A stretch of DNA of 64,000 nt, taken from positions 25,759 to 89,758 of the forward strand of contig CAYJTG010000003.1 of assembly GCA_964373255.1 (NCBI GenBank), written 5' to 3'. This document shows, piece by piece, positions 18,749-28,643 of this stretch (positions are counted from its first letter, which is position 1; each line of letters starts with the position of its first letter). Under the pieces are notes generated by a model. It did not search any database. It saw only the letters and a list, made by a program, of their open reading frames with translations, and was not told the origin of the DNA. The DNA is from an uncultured archaeon (GTDB lineage Archaea > Aenigmatarchaeota > Aenigmatarchaeia > GW2011-AR5). The translations under genes and the position numbers were made by a program.

Positions 18749-20013
18749 AGCCTGCAGTTTTTTTGGACAGGGATGGTGTAGTAATTACAGCAACGCACCT
18801 AGTTACGAAAATGCAGGAAGTCGAAATAGAAAAAAATGCGCCTGACGCAATAAGAATTTTTAATGATCTTGGATTCAAGGTAATAATAGTTACAAACCAG
18901 CCGCAAGTGGCCCGCGGCCTGTGCACAGAAGAAGACGTCATCAAGATAAATAAAAATATAAAGAAAACCATGGAAAAAGATGGAGCTATAATTGATGATA
19001 TATATTTCTGCCCGCATCATCCGGAGATGCATGAAGATGTGCCGGAGTATGCAAAAAAATATCGAATAGATTGTCGTTGCAGAAAACCGAAGACAGGGAT
19101 GATATTAGAGGCGGCAAAAAAACATGATATAGATCTTTCAAAATCATTTATGATCGGTGATCGCACGGTTGATGCGATGACAGGCAAGAATGCCGGCATA
19201 AAGACAATTCTAGTAAAAACTGGCAGAGCAGGAATGGATGGCAAATACGATACTATTCCTGATCATATATGCGCCGATCTGATGGAAGCTGCAAAACTTA
19301 TCAAAAGATCAGTTACAACCAAGGCTGTCATCCTAGCTGGTGGCAAGGGCGAACGCCTGATGCCATTAACAAAGGACATACCAAAGCCGATGATAGAAAT
19401 AAGCGGCAAGCCCGTCTTGCAGCATCATATAGGACTATTGAAGAAATACGGGATAAATGAAATAATAGTCTGTGCGAGCTATCTTATCGACAAGATAAAA
19501 GACTTTTTTGGAAATGGTAAAAATTTTGGTGTGCAAATATATTATCCCGATGAGCCTGAGCAGCTCGGCACAGGTGGCGCAATAAAGAACGCAGAACAAT
19601 TTATCAAAGGCTGCAAAAATTTTATTGTATTGAATGGCGATGTCGTGACAAACATAAATTTGTCTGCATTACTTGATTTTCACGAAACTAAGGACTGTTT
19701 AGCTACAATTGTTGTTCGTAAGAGTGATCATCCGATAGACAGCGATATCGTTCAGTTGGATGAGAACAGGGTTATAAGGTATATAGGCCGTGGGCAGAAA
19801 AAGCACAAAGTCGCAAATACAGGCATAATGATATTAAAAGCTAGCATACTCGGGCACATAAAGAAGGGTGTATCGAACATCGAGACAGACGTGGTGTTTC
19901 GCATGCTTGATGACTATAAAATTTGTGCATATTTTTCCAACGATTACATAAAGGACATGGGCACTTTTGACAGGCTTGAAAAGGTCCGTAGGGAATTTTC
20001 GCTGATTTCCTGA
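18745..20013 (+). CDS. gmhB-hddC: Bifunctional D,D-heptose-1,7-bisphosphate phosphatase (GmhB, HAD) fused to D-glycero-alpha-D-manno-heptose-1-phosphate guanylyltransferase (HddC-like nucleotidyltransferase).
   Basis: N-terminal 'AVFLDRDGVV', 'CPHHPE' and 'CRCRKPKTGM', which are GmhB motifs. C-terminal 'KAVILAGGKGERLMPLTKDIPKPMIEISGKPVL', a nucleotidyltransferase motif. Confidence 0.8.
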   Translation: MKPAVFLDRDGVVITATHLVTKMQEVEIEKNAPDAIRIFNDLGFKVIIVTNQPQVARGLCTEEDVIKINKNIKKTMEKDGAIIDDIYFCPHHPEMHEDVPEYAKKYRIDCRCRKPKTGMILEAAKKHDIDLSKSFMIGDRTVDAMTGKNAGIKTILVKTGRAGMDGKYDTIPDHICADLMEAAKLIKRSVTTKAVILAGGKGERLMPLTKDIPKPMIEISGKPVLQHHIGLLKKYGINEIIVCASYLIDKIKDFFGNGKNFGVQIYYPDEPEQLGTGGAIKNAEQFIKGCKNFIVLNGDVVTNINLSALLDFHETKDCLATIVVRKSDHPIDSDIVQLDENRVIRYIGRGQKKHKVANTGIMILKASILGHIKKGVSNIETDVVFRMLDDYKICAYFSNDYIKDMGTFDRLEKVRREFSLIS

Positions 20014-20032
20014 GCTTATAAATCTTTAGTTT

Positions 20033-20971
20033 ATGTTGATAGTTATGAAAATGCTTGTAACGGGCGGCGCGGGATTTATAGGCTCAAATCTAGCCGAAGC
20101 ACTTGTGAATGAGGGGCATGAGGTTATAGTGCTTGATAATTTCTCAATTGGCAGGGAGGCTAATCTAAAGAATGTACTAGATCATATAAAATTAGTAAGG
20201 GGCGATATAAGGGATTTTGAACTCCTGTTAAAAATCACGAAAGATATAGATGTTATATTCAATCAAGCGGCTGCATCGTCGTCACACATGTTTTTGGAGA
20301 ATCTGAAAGATGCCTTATCAGTCAACATAGACGGTTTTGTACATATCCTTAATGCCGCGAAGATTAACAACGTAAAGCGTGTTGTTTATGCATCAACATC
20401 ATCCTTGTACGGAAACAACAAGCCACCGTTAAGAGAGGATATGAAAATTGCGCCGGTAAATTTTTATGCATCATCTAAGCTTATGAATGAGCACATAGCA
20501 GCCTTGTACAGCCTTGAATACGGACTGGAGACAATAGGCCTTCGTTACATGAGCATATACGGTCCACGCGAAGAATGCAAGGGACGATTCGCAAACATGG
20601 TAAGCCAGTTCTTGTGGTCGATGCAGAAAAACGAGCAGCCGATAATTTACGGCGACGGCATGCAAACAAGAGATTTTACATTTGTAAAAGACGCTTGCAT
20701 GGCAAATATACTTGCAGCAACTGCCAAGAAGGGCATGAATGATATATTTAATGTTGGCACAGGCAAGTCGACAGATCTTAACAGGCTTGTAGAAATCCTT
20801 AATATGAAATTAAACAAAAGCGTAACACCAAAATACATATCAATGCCTATAAAGAACTACGTATTTTCACAGATGGCGGACATTGAAAAAATCAAGAACG
20901 CATTCGGCTATGAACCTAGATCTACGCTGGAAAAAGGTATCGATGAAATGCTTTCCACAACTCTCAAATGA
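20033..20971 (+). CDS. NAD-dependent NDP-sugar epimerase/dehydratase (extended SDR).
   Basis: 'LVTGGAGFIGSNL' Rossmann motif and a YxxxK context. 312 aa. Start likely at about 20045 (MKMLVTGG). Confidence 0.7.
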   Translation: MLIVMKMLVTGGAGFIGSNLAEALVNEGHEVIVLDNFSIGREANLKNVLDHIKLVRGDIRDFELLLKITKDIDVIFNQAAASSSHMFLENLKDALSVNIDGFVHILNAAKINNVKRVVYASTSSLYGNNKPPLREDMKIAPVNFYASSKLMNEHIAALYSLEYGLETIGLRYMSIYGPREECKGRFANMVSQFLWSMQKNEQPIIYGDGMQTRDFTFVKDACMANILAATAKKGMNDIFNVGTGKSTDLNRLVEILNMKLNKSVTPKYISMPIKNYVFSQMADIEKIKNAFGYEPRSTLEKGIDEMLSTTLK

Positions 20972-21656
20972 GTCCTATCCTTAGCTTAATTATGTTTATC
21001 AGCATTCTCGGCCCGTACTTAAGCTGAAACTTTGAATATTCACCATGCTTCCATATGACAGGTGCCTCAAATATTCTGCAGCCCTTCTTTTTCAGTCGCC
21101 AGAGCAATTCGACATCAAACTCGAATCCATACAGTTTCATATTATTCAGCACGCCTTTAGCTGCTTCTTTGCGAAAGACTTTTGCCCCGCATTGTGTGTC
21201 TTTTACATCAAGATTAAATAGTGTATTAACTATCACGTTGAACGTCTTGCTCGCTATGCGTCTACGCAGTGGCTGCTTTATCGAAATAATAGAATCTTTT
21301 GTGCGCCTAGACGCAATAACACAGTCATAAGATTTCAGGAATTCAAATAATTTGACATACTCTTCTGGCGTTATCGGTTCATCAGCGTCCATGAAGCCTA
21401 CAAGATTGCCGCTGCATCTGCGCAGGCCTTCAACAACGGCTTTCCCTTTTCCCATCCTTTTTTGCTTTATGAGCTTTATTCGCTTGTTATTTTTGGATAT
21501 TTCGCTTACAATCTTCGGCGTGTTGTCTATTGATCCATCAGAAACGACGATTATTTCGTAATCTTTTTTAGTTTTCGCAAGAAAACTGGAATAATCCTCT
21601 AGTGCTTTTTGTATTCTTTTTTCCTCATTAAAAGCAGGTATAACGATCGAATACAT
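20964..21656 (-). CDS. GT2-family glycosyltransferase, dolichyl-phosphate hexose synthase (DPM1-like) type.
   Basis: 'YSIVIPAFNEE', then 'VVSDGSIDNT' and 'MDADE' (DxD). 230 aa and soluble. Confidence 0.78.
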   Translation of the reverse strand: MYSIVIPAFNEEKRIQKALEDYSSFLAKTKKDYEIIVVSDGSIDNTPKIVSEISKNNKRIKLIKQKRMGKGKAVVEGLRRCSGNLVGFMDADEPITPEEYVKLFEFLKSYDCVIASRRTKDSIISIKQPLRRRIASKTFNVIVNTLFNLDVKDTQCGAKVFRKEAAKGVLNNMKLYGFEFDVELLWRLKKKGCRIFEAPVIWKHGEYSKFQLKYGPRMLINIIKLRIGLI

Positions 21657-21659
21657 AAT

Positions 21660-22763
21660 CTAAACCACGCTTTCGTATATTCTGATAAGTTTCTGTGCAA
21701 CAATTTGTTTATTGAATTTTTTTTGTATATGTAAACTTCCATATTTTCCGATTTTTTTATTTAGAGAATCGTCATTTAATAGTATATTTATATGTTCCTT
21801 CATTTGATCCCATTTCCCATAATCAACTAGAAAACCTGTCTTTTTATCCATAACAACTTCTGGAATACCACCTACCTTAGTAGAAACAACTGGTGTACCA
21901 CACGACTGTGACTCTGCTAGAACTCGGGAGAATGCCTCATACCTCGATGGAAGAATAACTACAGAAGCTTTATTATATAATTCAACAAGCTTAGAAAGAT
22001 TAATGTTTCTCAGGAATTCTATGCGTTTGTTTTTTCTAAGTTTTTTTATTGAATCTAACAAATGTCTGTCATACGAATTGCCAACAAAAAGTGCTTTTGT
22101 ATCTTTGTCGTCATTCAAAATTTTTTCTACAATATTGAATGCAATATCGGCACCTTTGTCTTTTGTAAAATTGCTCACAAATAGTATAAGTTTCTCTTTT
22201 TTTATATTTTTGTTTCTTTTGAAAATATTTATATCAACGATATTCGGAAGGATTTCCATATTTTTCAATGTTGCACCAATTTTGAGAAGTTGCATTCTTT
22301 CGTATTGTGTATGCGGCAATATTTTATCAGAAAATCTCAACAAAGGCAAACCCTGCGTCAAATGATAAGATACAAACTGAAGCCATCTAGAAAACCCATA
22401 AATAGGTGGGTGAAAATAGGGTCCAAATATATGCGGTACATTTAATTTTTTTGCTGCTAATAATCCAGCCGTTGCAGGAAAATATCCGTAGTGATGAGAA
22501 TGTACGATATCAAAATTTTCAGAAGCGATGGCGTTTATCATTTTTGATGAATAGTAGAAACGCCTGCCAAATAGGTGTTTTACAGGGATTCTTTTTATTT
22601 CTACATTACCTATGTTGTCTTCTAGCTTCCATCCCGTATTCCATTTTGTGAAAACTGTTATTTCATGCCCCCTTTCCGTTAGATAAGATACCAAGCCTTG
22701 ACAATAAAATGATGCACCTATAATTGATGGGTAGTACGCTGGTGTGACAAAGGCGATTCTCAT
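21660..22763 (-). CDS. GT4-family glycosyltransferase.
   Basis: GT-B fold. C-terminal 'E(x7)E'-like motif 'PSRYEAFSRVLAESQSCGTPVV'. Confidence 0.8.
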   Translation of the reverse strand: MRIAFVTPAYYPSIIGASFYCQGLVSYLTERGHEITVFTKWNTGWKLEDNIGNVEIKRIPVKHLFGRRFYYSSKMINAIASENFDIVHSHHYGYFPATAGLLAAKKLNVPHIFGPYFHPPIYGFSRWLQFVSYHLTQGLPLLRFSDKILPHTQYERMQLLKIGATLKNMEILPNIVDINIFKRNKNIKKEKLILFVSNFTKDKGADIAFNIVEKILNDDKDTKALFVGNSYDRHLLDSIKKLRKNKRIEFLRNINLSKLVELYNKASVVILPSRYEAFSRVLAESQSCGTPVVSTKVGGIPEVVMDKKTGFLVDYGKWDQMKEHINILLNDDSLNKKIGKYGSLHIQKKFNKQIVAQKLIRIYESVV

Positions 22764-22813
22764 ATCCTATTGTAATGTACAATAACTTTTAAACTGTGAT
22801 ATTTTTAATCAAG

Positions 22814-24346
22814 TCATTTCGCCCTACACATGTAAACAGACCTTAAATTAATCCCTCCTCTTGAAATTTCTTTTGTAAGCGTGCACTGCGCATCAAGGAT
22901 TTTTTCAATTTCTTTAGGTAGATTGCTATCATATGTAACATAAACACAGAACGCCAGATCTTGTTTTGTAACATTAGAAATAACAAATCCTGTTGGGTCT
23001 TTGTCAGGATCTACCGTTGATCGTGCAAATTCGCCTGTGACCTTTGAACAGTTTGATTTTACAAAATCTATGCCTTCCCTATAACCATCGAGCATCATTA
23101 TTTCGCTGTCTATGGGCTTGAAATTTGATATATTATCAAGCACATTGTAATGCAGCGTATAATTTGGATACGCATAAACAGACTCCGCGAAAACAGCTGT
23201 GCCAACCAAAAAAATAAACAGAATTTTCACATTGTTTTTCTTTATAAGGTCCAAGCTTCTTGCGCTTATTATGGCTATTAAAGGGATTATAGCAGTCATG
23301 TACCTGTATGTCCATCCATATCTCTGGAACCACAAAAGAATTAAAAATACGAAAAATATGAAAAGTACGCTTCTGTCTATGGATTTCCTCTTTCTAAATA
23401 TAGCTGCAAGTCCTAAAATCATAATGATTCCAAAAAATATGCTTTCTTTTGCCATAAAGATGAACAAATAGCCTATTACAGGTATGCTTATTATGTTGGA
23501 TTGTACGGATTTGCTGAAAACTTCCTGACGCCCGAATGCTGATGTAAGATACTCTTCTGGCGAGAGTATTATACCTGGCAAATTAAGTGTGAATGAATCG
23601 TCCCGTTGCGGAAAATCAACTACATTTCCATAGAAGTGGACCTTTATTGGATATAATGAAAATGGCCATATAATAAAAAAAGTCAATAGAGCTATCAAAA
23701 ATCCCTTCAAAAGAAAATTGTCTATCTCTATCCCTGTTCTTTGTTTTTTTTTGAACCTTATATTTTTTGAGATTATAGCGTGCAGAATGATAGCTATCAA
23801 AAGATAAAGAGACAGGTATTTTGTAAGAAGTGCCAGTCCTAAAAATATGCCGAATAAAACAATGTATTTTTTTGTTGGTTTTTTTATCATTGTAAAATAC
23901 GCAAAAAGTACCGTCAAATAGAAAAATCCAACTATGACTTCTGTCAGATAAAGTCTGCTGAATGTCAGATGTATAATAGAAAATGCTACTAGGATCGATG
24001 AGAAAATAGCAATATAAATATCGTAGTATCTTTTTGCAAAATAATAGGTGAGTCCTATAGTTGCTATACCAAATAAAGCTGGTATTATTCTTAATAAAAT
24101 CTCTGAAAATCCAAAGATACTATAAACAATAGCCCCCAAGTATTTCATGAAAGGCGGCGTAGCGTAATCATTAAAATTGTAGATGAAATTTCCACGTGCG
24201 TATTCTAGGGCTCCGCCAAAATGTGTTCCTTCATTCCAGCTAAATGCCTCCCAGTCAAGATTTGTCAGCCTCATGACAGCTGCGAGTAAAATTATAGCGA
24301 CTAAAACTGCGATTTCTATTTTATTGGTTTTTTTCATGTAAATCAT
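22814..24346 (-). CDS. GT-C-fold membrane glycosyltransferase of the PMT/ArnT type, which depends on polyprenol-phosphate-sugar donors.
   Basis: 510 aa. About 11 TM helices. N-terminal 'RLTNLDWEAFSWNEGTHFGGALEY' loop as in the GT39/GT83 family. Soluble C-terminal domain. Confidence 0.6.
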   Translation of the reverse strand: MIYMKKTNKIEIAVLVAIILLAAVMRLTNLDWEAFSWNEGTHFGGALEYARGNFIYNFNDYATPPFMKYLGAIVYSIFGFSEILLRIIPALFGIATIGLTYYFAKRYYDIYIAIFSSILVAFSIIHLTFSRLYLTEVIVGFFYLTVLFAYFTMIKKPTKKYIVLFGIFLGLALLTKYLSLYLLIAIILHAIISKNIRFKKKQRTGIEIDNFLLKGFLIALLTFFIIWPFSLYPIKVHFYGNVVDFPQRDDSFTLNLPGIILSPEEYLTSAFGRQEVFSKSVQSNIISIPVIGYLFIFMAKESIFFGIIMILGLAAIFRKRKSIDRSVLFIFFVFLILLWFQRYGWTYRYMTAIIPLIAIISARSLDLIKKNNVKILFIFLVGTAVFAESVYAYPNYTLHYNVLDNISNFKPIDSEIMMLDGYREGIDFVKSNCSKVTGEFARSTVDPDKDPTGFVISNVTKQDLAFCVYVTYDSNLPKEIEKILDAQCTLTKEISRGGINLRSVYMCRAK

Positions 24347-25278
24347 CTTTTTGATTTAAGCAAGCCAACGATTAATCCTGTAGCATACGCTATTTCCCGG
24401 ACAAATACTATCGTAAATAAGACGGGATAATAGCCAAGATTCTTTACTCTTAAAAGTATGTAAAAAGGTTTTAAAATGAAATAAAGAACGATGAGAATTA
24501 CCCAAATGAAAAGTGGAAATGTATTTGTTATTGACACCAGCAAAAGAATTATTGTAACAATAACAGAACCAAAAATAATTATATCATACGGCGTTATCAT
24601 GTCTTTGTGCATTTTTATCAAATCTATTTTTGAAATCCCGTTTCGATAGATCTGATTAAATACGCCCCCCAGATTTTTTCTCCTAGAATGATAAACCTTT
24701 ATGTCTGGATTAAATTTTATATTAAAGCCGTTCTTAAAAAGCCGGTGAATGAATTCTGGCTCTTGAAGTCCTACCAGTTTTCTGTTAAAATTAGATTCTT
24801 TGAATATGTTGCTCCTGAATGCTATGTTGCATGCACGCAATCTGTTGCAAGCATCATTCCCATATAGAGTGTTTTTAGGAGTCCTGACAAAATCTATCAT
24901 AAATAAAGCATTTTGAAACTTCGTAGATTTATCAGCATCTATTATATCATCGCCTCCAACCACATCTATATCATCATTCTTGAATTCGTTTACCAGATTG
25001 CTTAGCCAGTCTTTTGATGCTGTACAATCATCGTCTATAAATGCTACTATATCGCCTTTAGCACGTATAGATCCTATATGATAGGCATTACCAATCGTAT
25101 TCAAATCATCTTCAAACCACTTACACCCTAATTTTTTTGCCAATGATATGACACTGTCATTATTTGGAGAAACAATAATTGTTTCGTAAATTTTTGTAGA
25201 CTGCTTTTTCAAACTTTTTATACAGTTTATTAGATCTTTTGAGTTATTTCTTGTAGGGACTACAACAGAAACTTTCAT
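24343..25278 (-). CDS. GT2-family glycosyltransferase with C-terminal TM helices.
   Basis: 'VSVVVPTRNN', 'DDDC' (DxD). Hydrophobic C-terminal 80 aa. Confidence 0.75.
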   Translation of the reverse strand: MKVSVVVPTRNNSKDLINCIKSLKKQSTKIYETIIVSPNNDSVISLAKKLGCKWFEDDLNTIGNAYHIGSIRAKGDIVAFIDDDCTASKDWLSNLVNEFKNDDIDVVGGDDIIDADKSTKFQNALFMIDFVRTPKNTLYGNDACNRLRACNIAFRSNIFKESNFNRKLVGLQEPEFIHRLFKNGFNIKFNPDIKVYHSRRKNLGGVFNQIYRNGISKIDLIKMHKDMITPYDIIIFGSVIVTIILLLVSITNTFPLFIWVILIVLYFILKPFYILLRVKNLGYYPVLFTIVFVREIAYATGLIVGLLKSKR

Positions 25279-26897
25279 GCAATTACACCTGTAACATTAT
25301 ATATTAAAACGGAGTACGCCACCATATCATAATGTGTATAATTTTCAAGCCATCCATAGCAATTTTTATCGAGTGTGAGAAAAAATACACCAACGATATG
25401 TATACCATTTTGAGGTATGCATTTTTCTCTTACATACGATTTAACATAATTATTTGTATAAGATTCAGGAAGTGGTAGTGATAAATAAGCTACTGTTATA
25501 TTTTTCTCTTTTGTGTAAGACGAAACATATTTTAGCCACTGCCCCCAATCCACGTCTGTATCACTTAAATAAAGATAGCCATTTTTTGGTCCACCAACAA
25601 ATTCATTAAAGTAAGATATATTATATGGTAGTATAAGCAGTGCTTCTACTACACTCCACAAAATAAGTAAAATAACAACAATATAAAATAATCTTTTTTT
25701 ACTACCCGAAAATTTTACATGCAAAATTTTACCTAGCATAACAAACATGAAAGGATACATAGGTAAGAGATGCCTAAGACCTATATTTAGTTTTAATAAT
25801 GACAATGCAACAAACAATACAAATAGGGGCAATAAGAGGAAAATTTCATTATAGAAATCAAACTTAATTTTTCTCAAGGCAAATGTAAAAAATAATAGAA
25901 CAAACAGTATTAGAGGTATAGTAGATTTGATTAAAAAAGCTAAGATATAATAGTGAATCCAGCCAGTACTAGAGTATTCGCCAAATAAATATGCGCCGTG
26001 CCCTACGATTTTATGATAGAAATTGTACCCAAATGCAGTAAAATAACTCGTCGCAGGAAGAGGAACATCCATTAAAGTTATAATAGTATTTTTATTACTG
26101 CTAAATGTTTGATTGATGAAATCTTGCGATTTCTCGATAGAATGAACAGTATTATTAATCGTAGACATCTGAAATCCATAAAATGCCCATATTACGATAA
26201 ATGATATTAGATAATAGATTATAATTAATCTTATATTTTTTCGCACCGATCTGAAAATATATAAAAATAGAAACAAGGTTATTGGTATTAATAAAAGTGC
26301 AGTAAATTTACTCAAAAGGGCAAGTCCTAAAAATAAACCTGCTATTATTGAATATTTAATTGTTTTATTGCTGCTAAATTTCCAAAAAACATACATTGCT
26401 ATGAATATAAATGTAGCAGCCACGATGTCTGTGGTTGCCAGAGAGCTATGTGCCAATATAGTTGGTTCAAAGCTGAATAGTGCAAGAACAAACAAAGCTG
26501 CTTTGTCACCATATAGTTTTCGAGCCCATATAAAAATAAAAACACCTAAAATTAAGGACGTAAAAGCAATAGGTAATCGTGTAATAAATAAATAGTAATC
26601 TATTTCATAAGAGTTTGCAATGTTTGACATGTTGAATGGTTTATTTTGCCATACAGGATTATTGTCAAAATAGAGGAAAAAACTGTTAATATAATAAGCC
26701 AGTGGTGGATGAAACCTGTATGCAAAAGGTGAAAAATCTCCGTGCTGTACAGTATAGCGTCCTGTACCTGGATAGAATTGTTCGTCAAGGACGGGCGATT
26801 GTGATGAAATTATGTAAATAATTTGCAAAAGCATGAAAATCAGAATTAATGCTGCGATAATTTCTGTCCTTTTTTTTGTGATATGAACTAAATGCAT
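25275..26897 (-). CDS. GT-C-fold membrane glycosyltransferase of the PMT_2/ArnT type, a second paralog.
   Basis: 540 aa and polytopic. N-terminal 'LDEQFYPGTGRYTVQHGDF...YRFHPPLAYYI' loop typical of PMT_2. Confidence 0.6.
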   Translation of the reverse strand: MHLVHITKKRTEIIAALILIFMLLQIIYIISSQSPVLDEQFYPGTGRYTVQHGDFSPFAYRFHPPLAYYINSFFLYFDNNPVWQNKPFNMSNIANSYEIDYYLFITRLPIAFTSLILGVFIFIWARKLYGDKAALFVLALFSFEPTILAHSSLATTDIVAATFIFIAMYVFWKFSSNKTIKYSIIAGLFLGLALLSKFTALLLIPITLFLFLYIFRSVRKNIRLIIIYYLISFIVIWAFYGFQMSTINNTVHSIEKSQDFINQTFSSNKNTIITLMDVPLPATSYFTAFGYNFYHKIVGHGAYLFGEYSSTGWIHYYILAFLIKSTIPLILFVLLFFTFALRKIKFDFYNEIFLLLPLFVLFVALSLLKLNIGLRHLLPMYPFMFVMLGKILHVKFSGSKKRLFYIVVILLILWSVVEALLILPYNISYFNEFVGGPKNGYLYLSDTDVDWGQWLKYVSSYTKEKNITVAYLSLPLPESYTNNYVKSYVREKCIPQNGIHIVGVFFLTLDKNCYGWLENYTHYDMVAYSVLIYNVTGVIA

Positions 26898-26940
26898 AAA
26901 ATCATCTCTATAGTTATAGAAAAAATTAAATTACGCAAAA

Positions 26941-27915
26941 TTAATCATAGACATTTTTTCCTTCTCTCTTCCACCATTCCACAGTAGATTTAATTCCATC
27001 TTCTATACCAACTTTTGGTGACCACCCTAGCAATTTCCTAGCCTTTTCTATGGATGCCCGAGTTTCTGAGGGATCAGAAGGGTCACGCTTACCGTATTTT
27101 ATTTCTGCCTTCTTTCCAGTATGCATTTCTATGAGTTGCACAATGCTTGAAATCTCTATCATCCTGCCGCTGCCTATGTTGAAGAAATTGCAGCCTCTTT
27201 TCTTTGACTCAAGGCATTTTCTGAGTGCCTGAACAACATCGCTGATAAAAACAAAGTCACGCTTCAGTCTGCCGTGGTCGTACAGTGTTATCGGAATTCC
27301 CGCGTCGATATTCATGATGAATTTCTGTATTGCCATGTCAGGCCTGCTTCTTGGGCCGAACACAGTAAATAGTCTCGGTCCAAATACAGTGATTCCATAC
27401 AGACTGTTGTAAACTGAGCACATAACTTCACATTCTTTTTTTGTGGAAGCGTAGACAGACGTTGGATTGTCGGTTGGCGTATCTTCCGAGAAAGGTGGCT
27501 TCTCATTTCCGTAAACTGCTGACGTTGATGCAAACACAATTTTATTTACGTCAAATTTTCTTGAGCATTCAAGAATAACAGATGTCCCGTAGACATTTGA
27601 TCTTACGTATTCGAGGGGCTTTTCTGCGGATTCGCGGACGCCCGCTTTTCCAGCCAAATGAAATATAACGTCAAAGCTGTTTTCTTTGAATATATTTTCC
27701 ATTGACTTGTAATTACTAACGTCGTCATCAATAATTTTGACGCCTAGGTTCTTTAGAAGTGCTACGTTATGATTTTTTATCGGTCTTTTATAGAAATTAT
27801 CAAAATTGTCTACAACAATTACATGAAAATTTTGCATTGCAAGCTTCTCAGCAACATGCGAGCCTATAAAGCCGGCGCCGCCTGTAATCAGGATAGTGCT
27901 TTCTTTGTTTTTCAT
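26941..27915 (-). CDS. NAD-dependent NDP-sugar epimerase/dehydratase, UDP-sugar 4-epimerase-like.
   Basis: 'ILITGGAGFIGSHV' and a YASTK-type 'VYASTKKECE' motif. 324 aa. Confidence 0.75.
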   Translation of the reverse strand: MKNKESTILITGGAGFIGSHVAEKLAMQNFHVIVVDNFDNFYKRPIKNHNVALLKNLGVKIIDDDVSNYKSMENIFKENSFDVIFHLAGKAGVRESAEKPLEYVRSNVYGTSVILECSRKFDVNKIVFASTSAVYGNEKPPFSEDTPTDNPTSVYASTKKECEVMCSVYNSLYGITVFGPRLFTVFGPRSRPDMAIQKFIMNIDAGIPITLYDHGRLKRDFVFISDVVQALRKCLESKKRGCNFFNIGSGRMIEISSIVQLIEMHTGKKAEIKYGKRDPSDPSETRASIEKARKLLGWSPKVGIEDGIKSTVEWWKREGKNVYD

Positions 27916-27920
27916 AAGTC

Positions 27921-28643
27921 TTAATTTCTAGAAAGTTTTTTAAACACACTTTGTTTCCTTATAAGTTTCAGCCTGAGAATAAGCACGTCAAGGAACATCT
28001 TTAGCGGGTCCAGTTTTCCTATCTTTGTATCCTCCTTGTGAACCCAGTATATAGGCATTTGATAAAGACTGTAATTATTTTTCCTTATTTTGTAGAACAG
28101 TTCGACATCGAACACCCATCTGTTGCTTTTCATATCTCTAAAAATATTTCTGGCGATTTCTTTTTTAAACCCCTTGAAGCCACAAAGGGTATCCTTTATT
28201 CTTATACCAAAAATTATATTCACGTATGAATTGAAAATCGTACCAAGAGCCTTACGTATTAGTGGCTGCTTCTTCACAACGGATTTTTCCGATGCCCGCG
28301 TGCCGACGACCACATCATATTTTTCGATAAATTCTTCCATGTTTTTTATTTCATCCGGGTCTATGGAACCGTCGGCATCTATAAAAATTACGTACTTGCC
28401 CATTGAAGCCATGACGCCAGTCTTTACGGCGTGACCCTTTCCCATATTCCTTTTGTAAGAAACAAGCCGCACATTCTTTCTGCCTTTTACCATAGAGTCC
28501 ACAACTTTTTCTGTGCTGTCAGTGGACCCGTCATTCACAATTATTATATCATATTTGCCTGGGGTGCAAACTTTGAGCAATTTGTTTAGGAACGGCGTGA
28601 CCCTTGTTTCCTCATTGTAGCACGGTACGACTATTGTTATCAT
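27921..28643 (-). CDS. GT2-family glycosyltransferase, dolichyl-phosphate hexose synthase type.
   Basis: 'MITIVVPCYNEE', 'VNDGSTDST', 'IDADGS'. 240 aa. Confidence 0.8.
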   Translation of the reverse strand: MITIVVPCYNEETRVTPFLNKLLKVCTPGKYDIIIVNDGSTDSTEKVVDSMVKGRKNVRLVSYKRNMGKGHAVKTGVMASMGKYVIFIDADGSIDPDEIKNMEEFIEKYDVVVGTRASEKSVVKKQPLIRKALGTIFNSYVNIIFGIRIKDTLCGFKGFKKEIARNIFRDMKSNRWVFDVELFYKIRKNNYSLYQMPIYWVHKEDTKIGKLDPLKMFLDVLILRLKLIRKQSVFKKLSRN

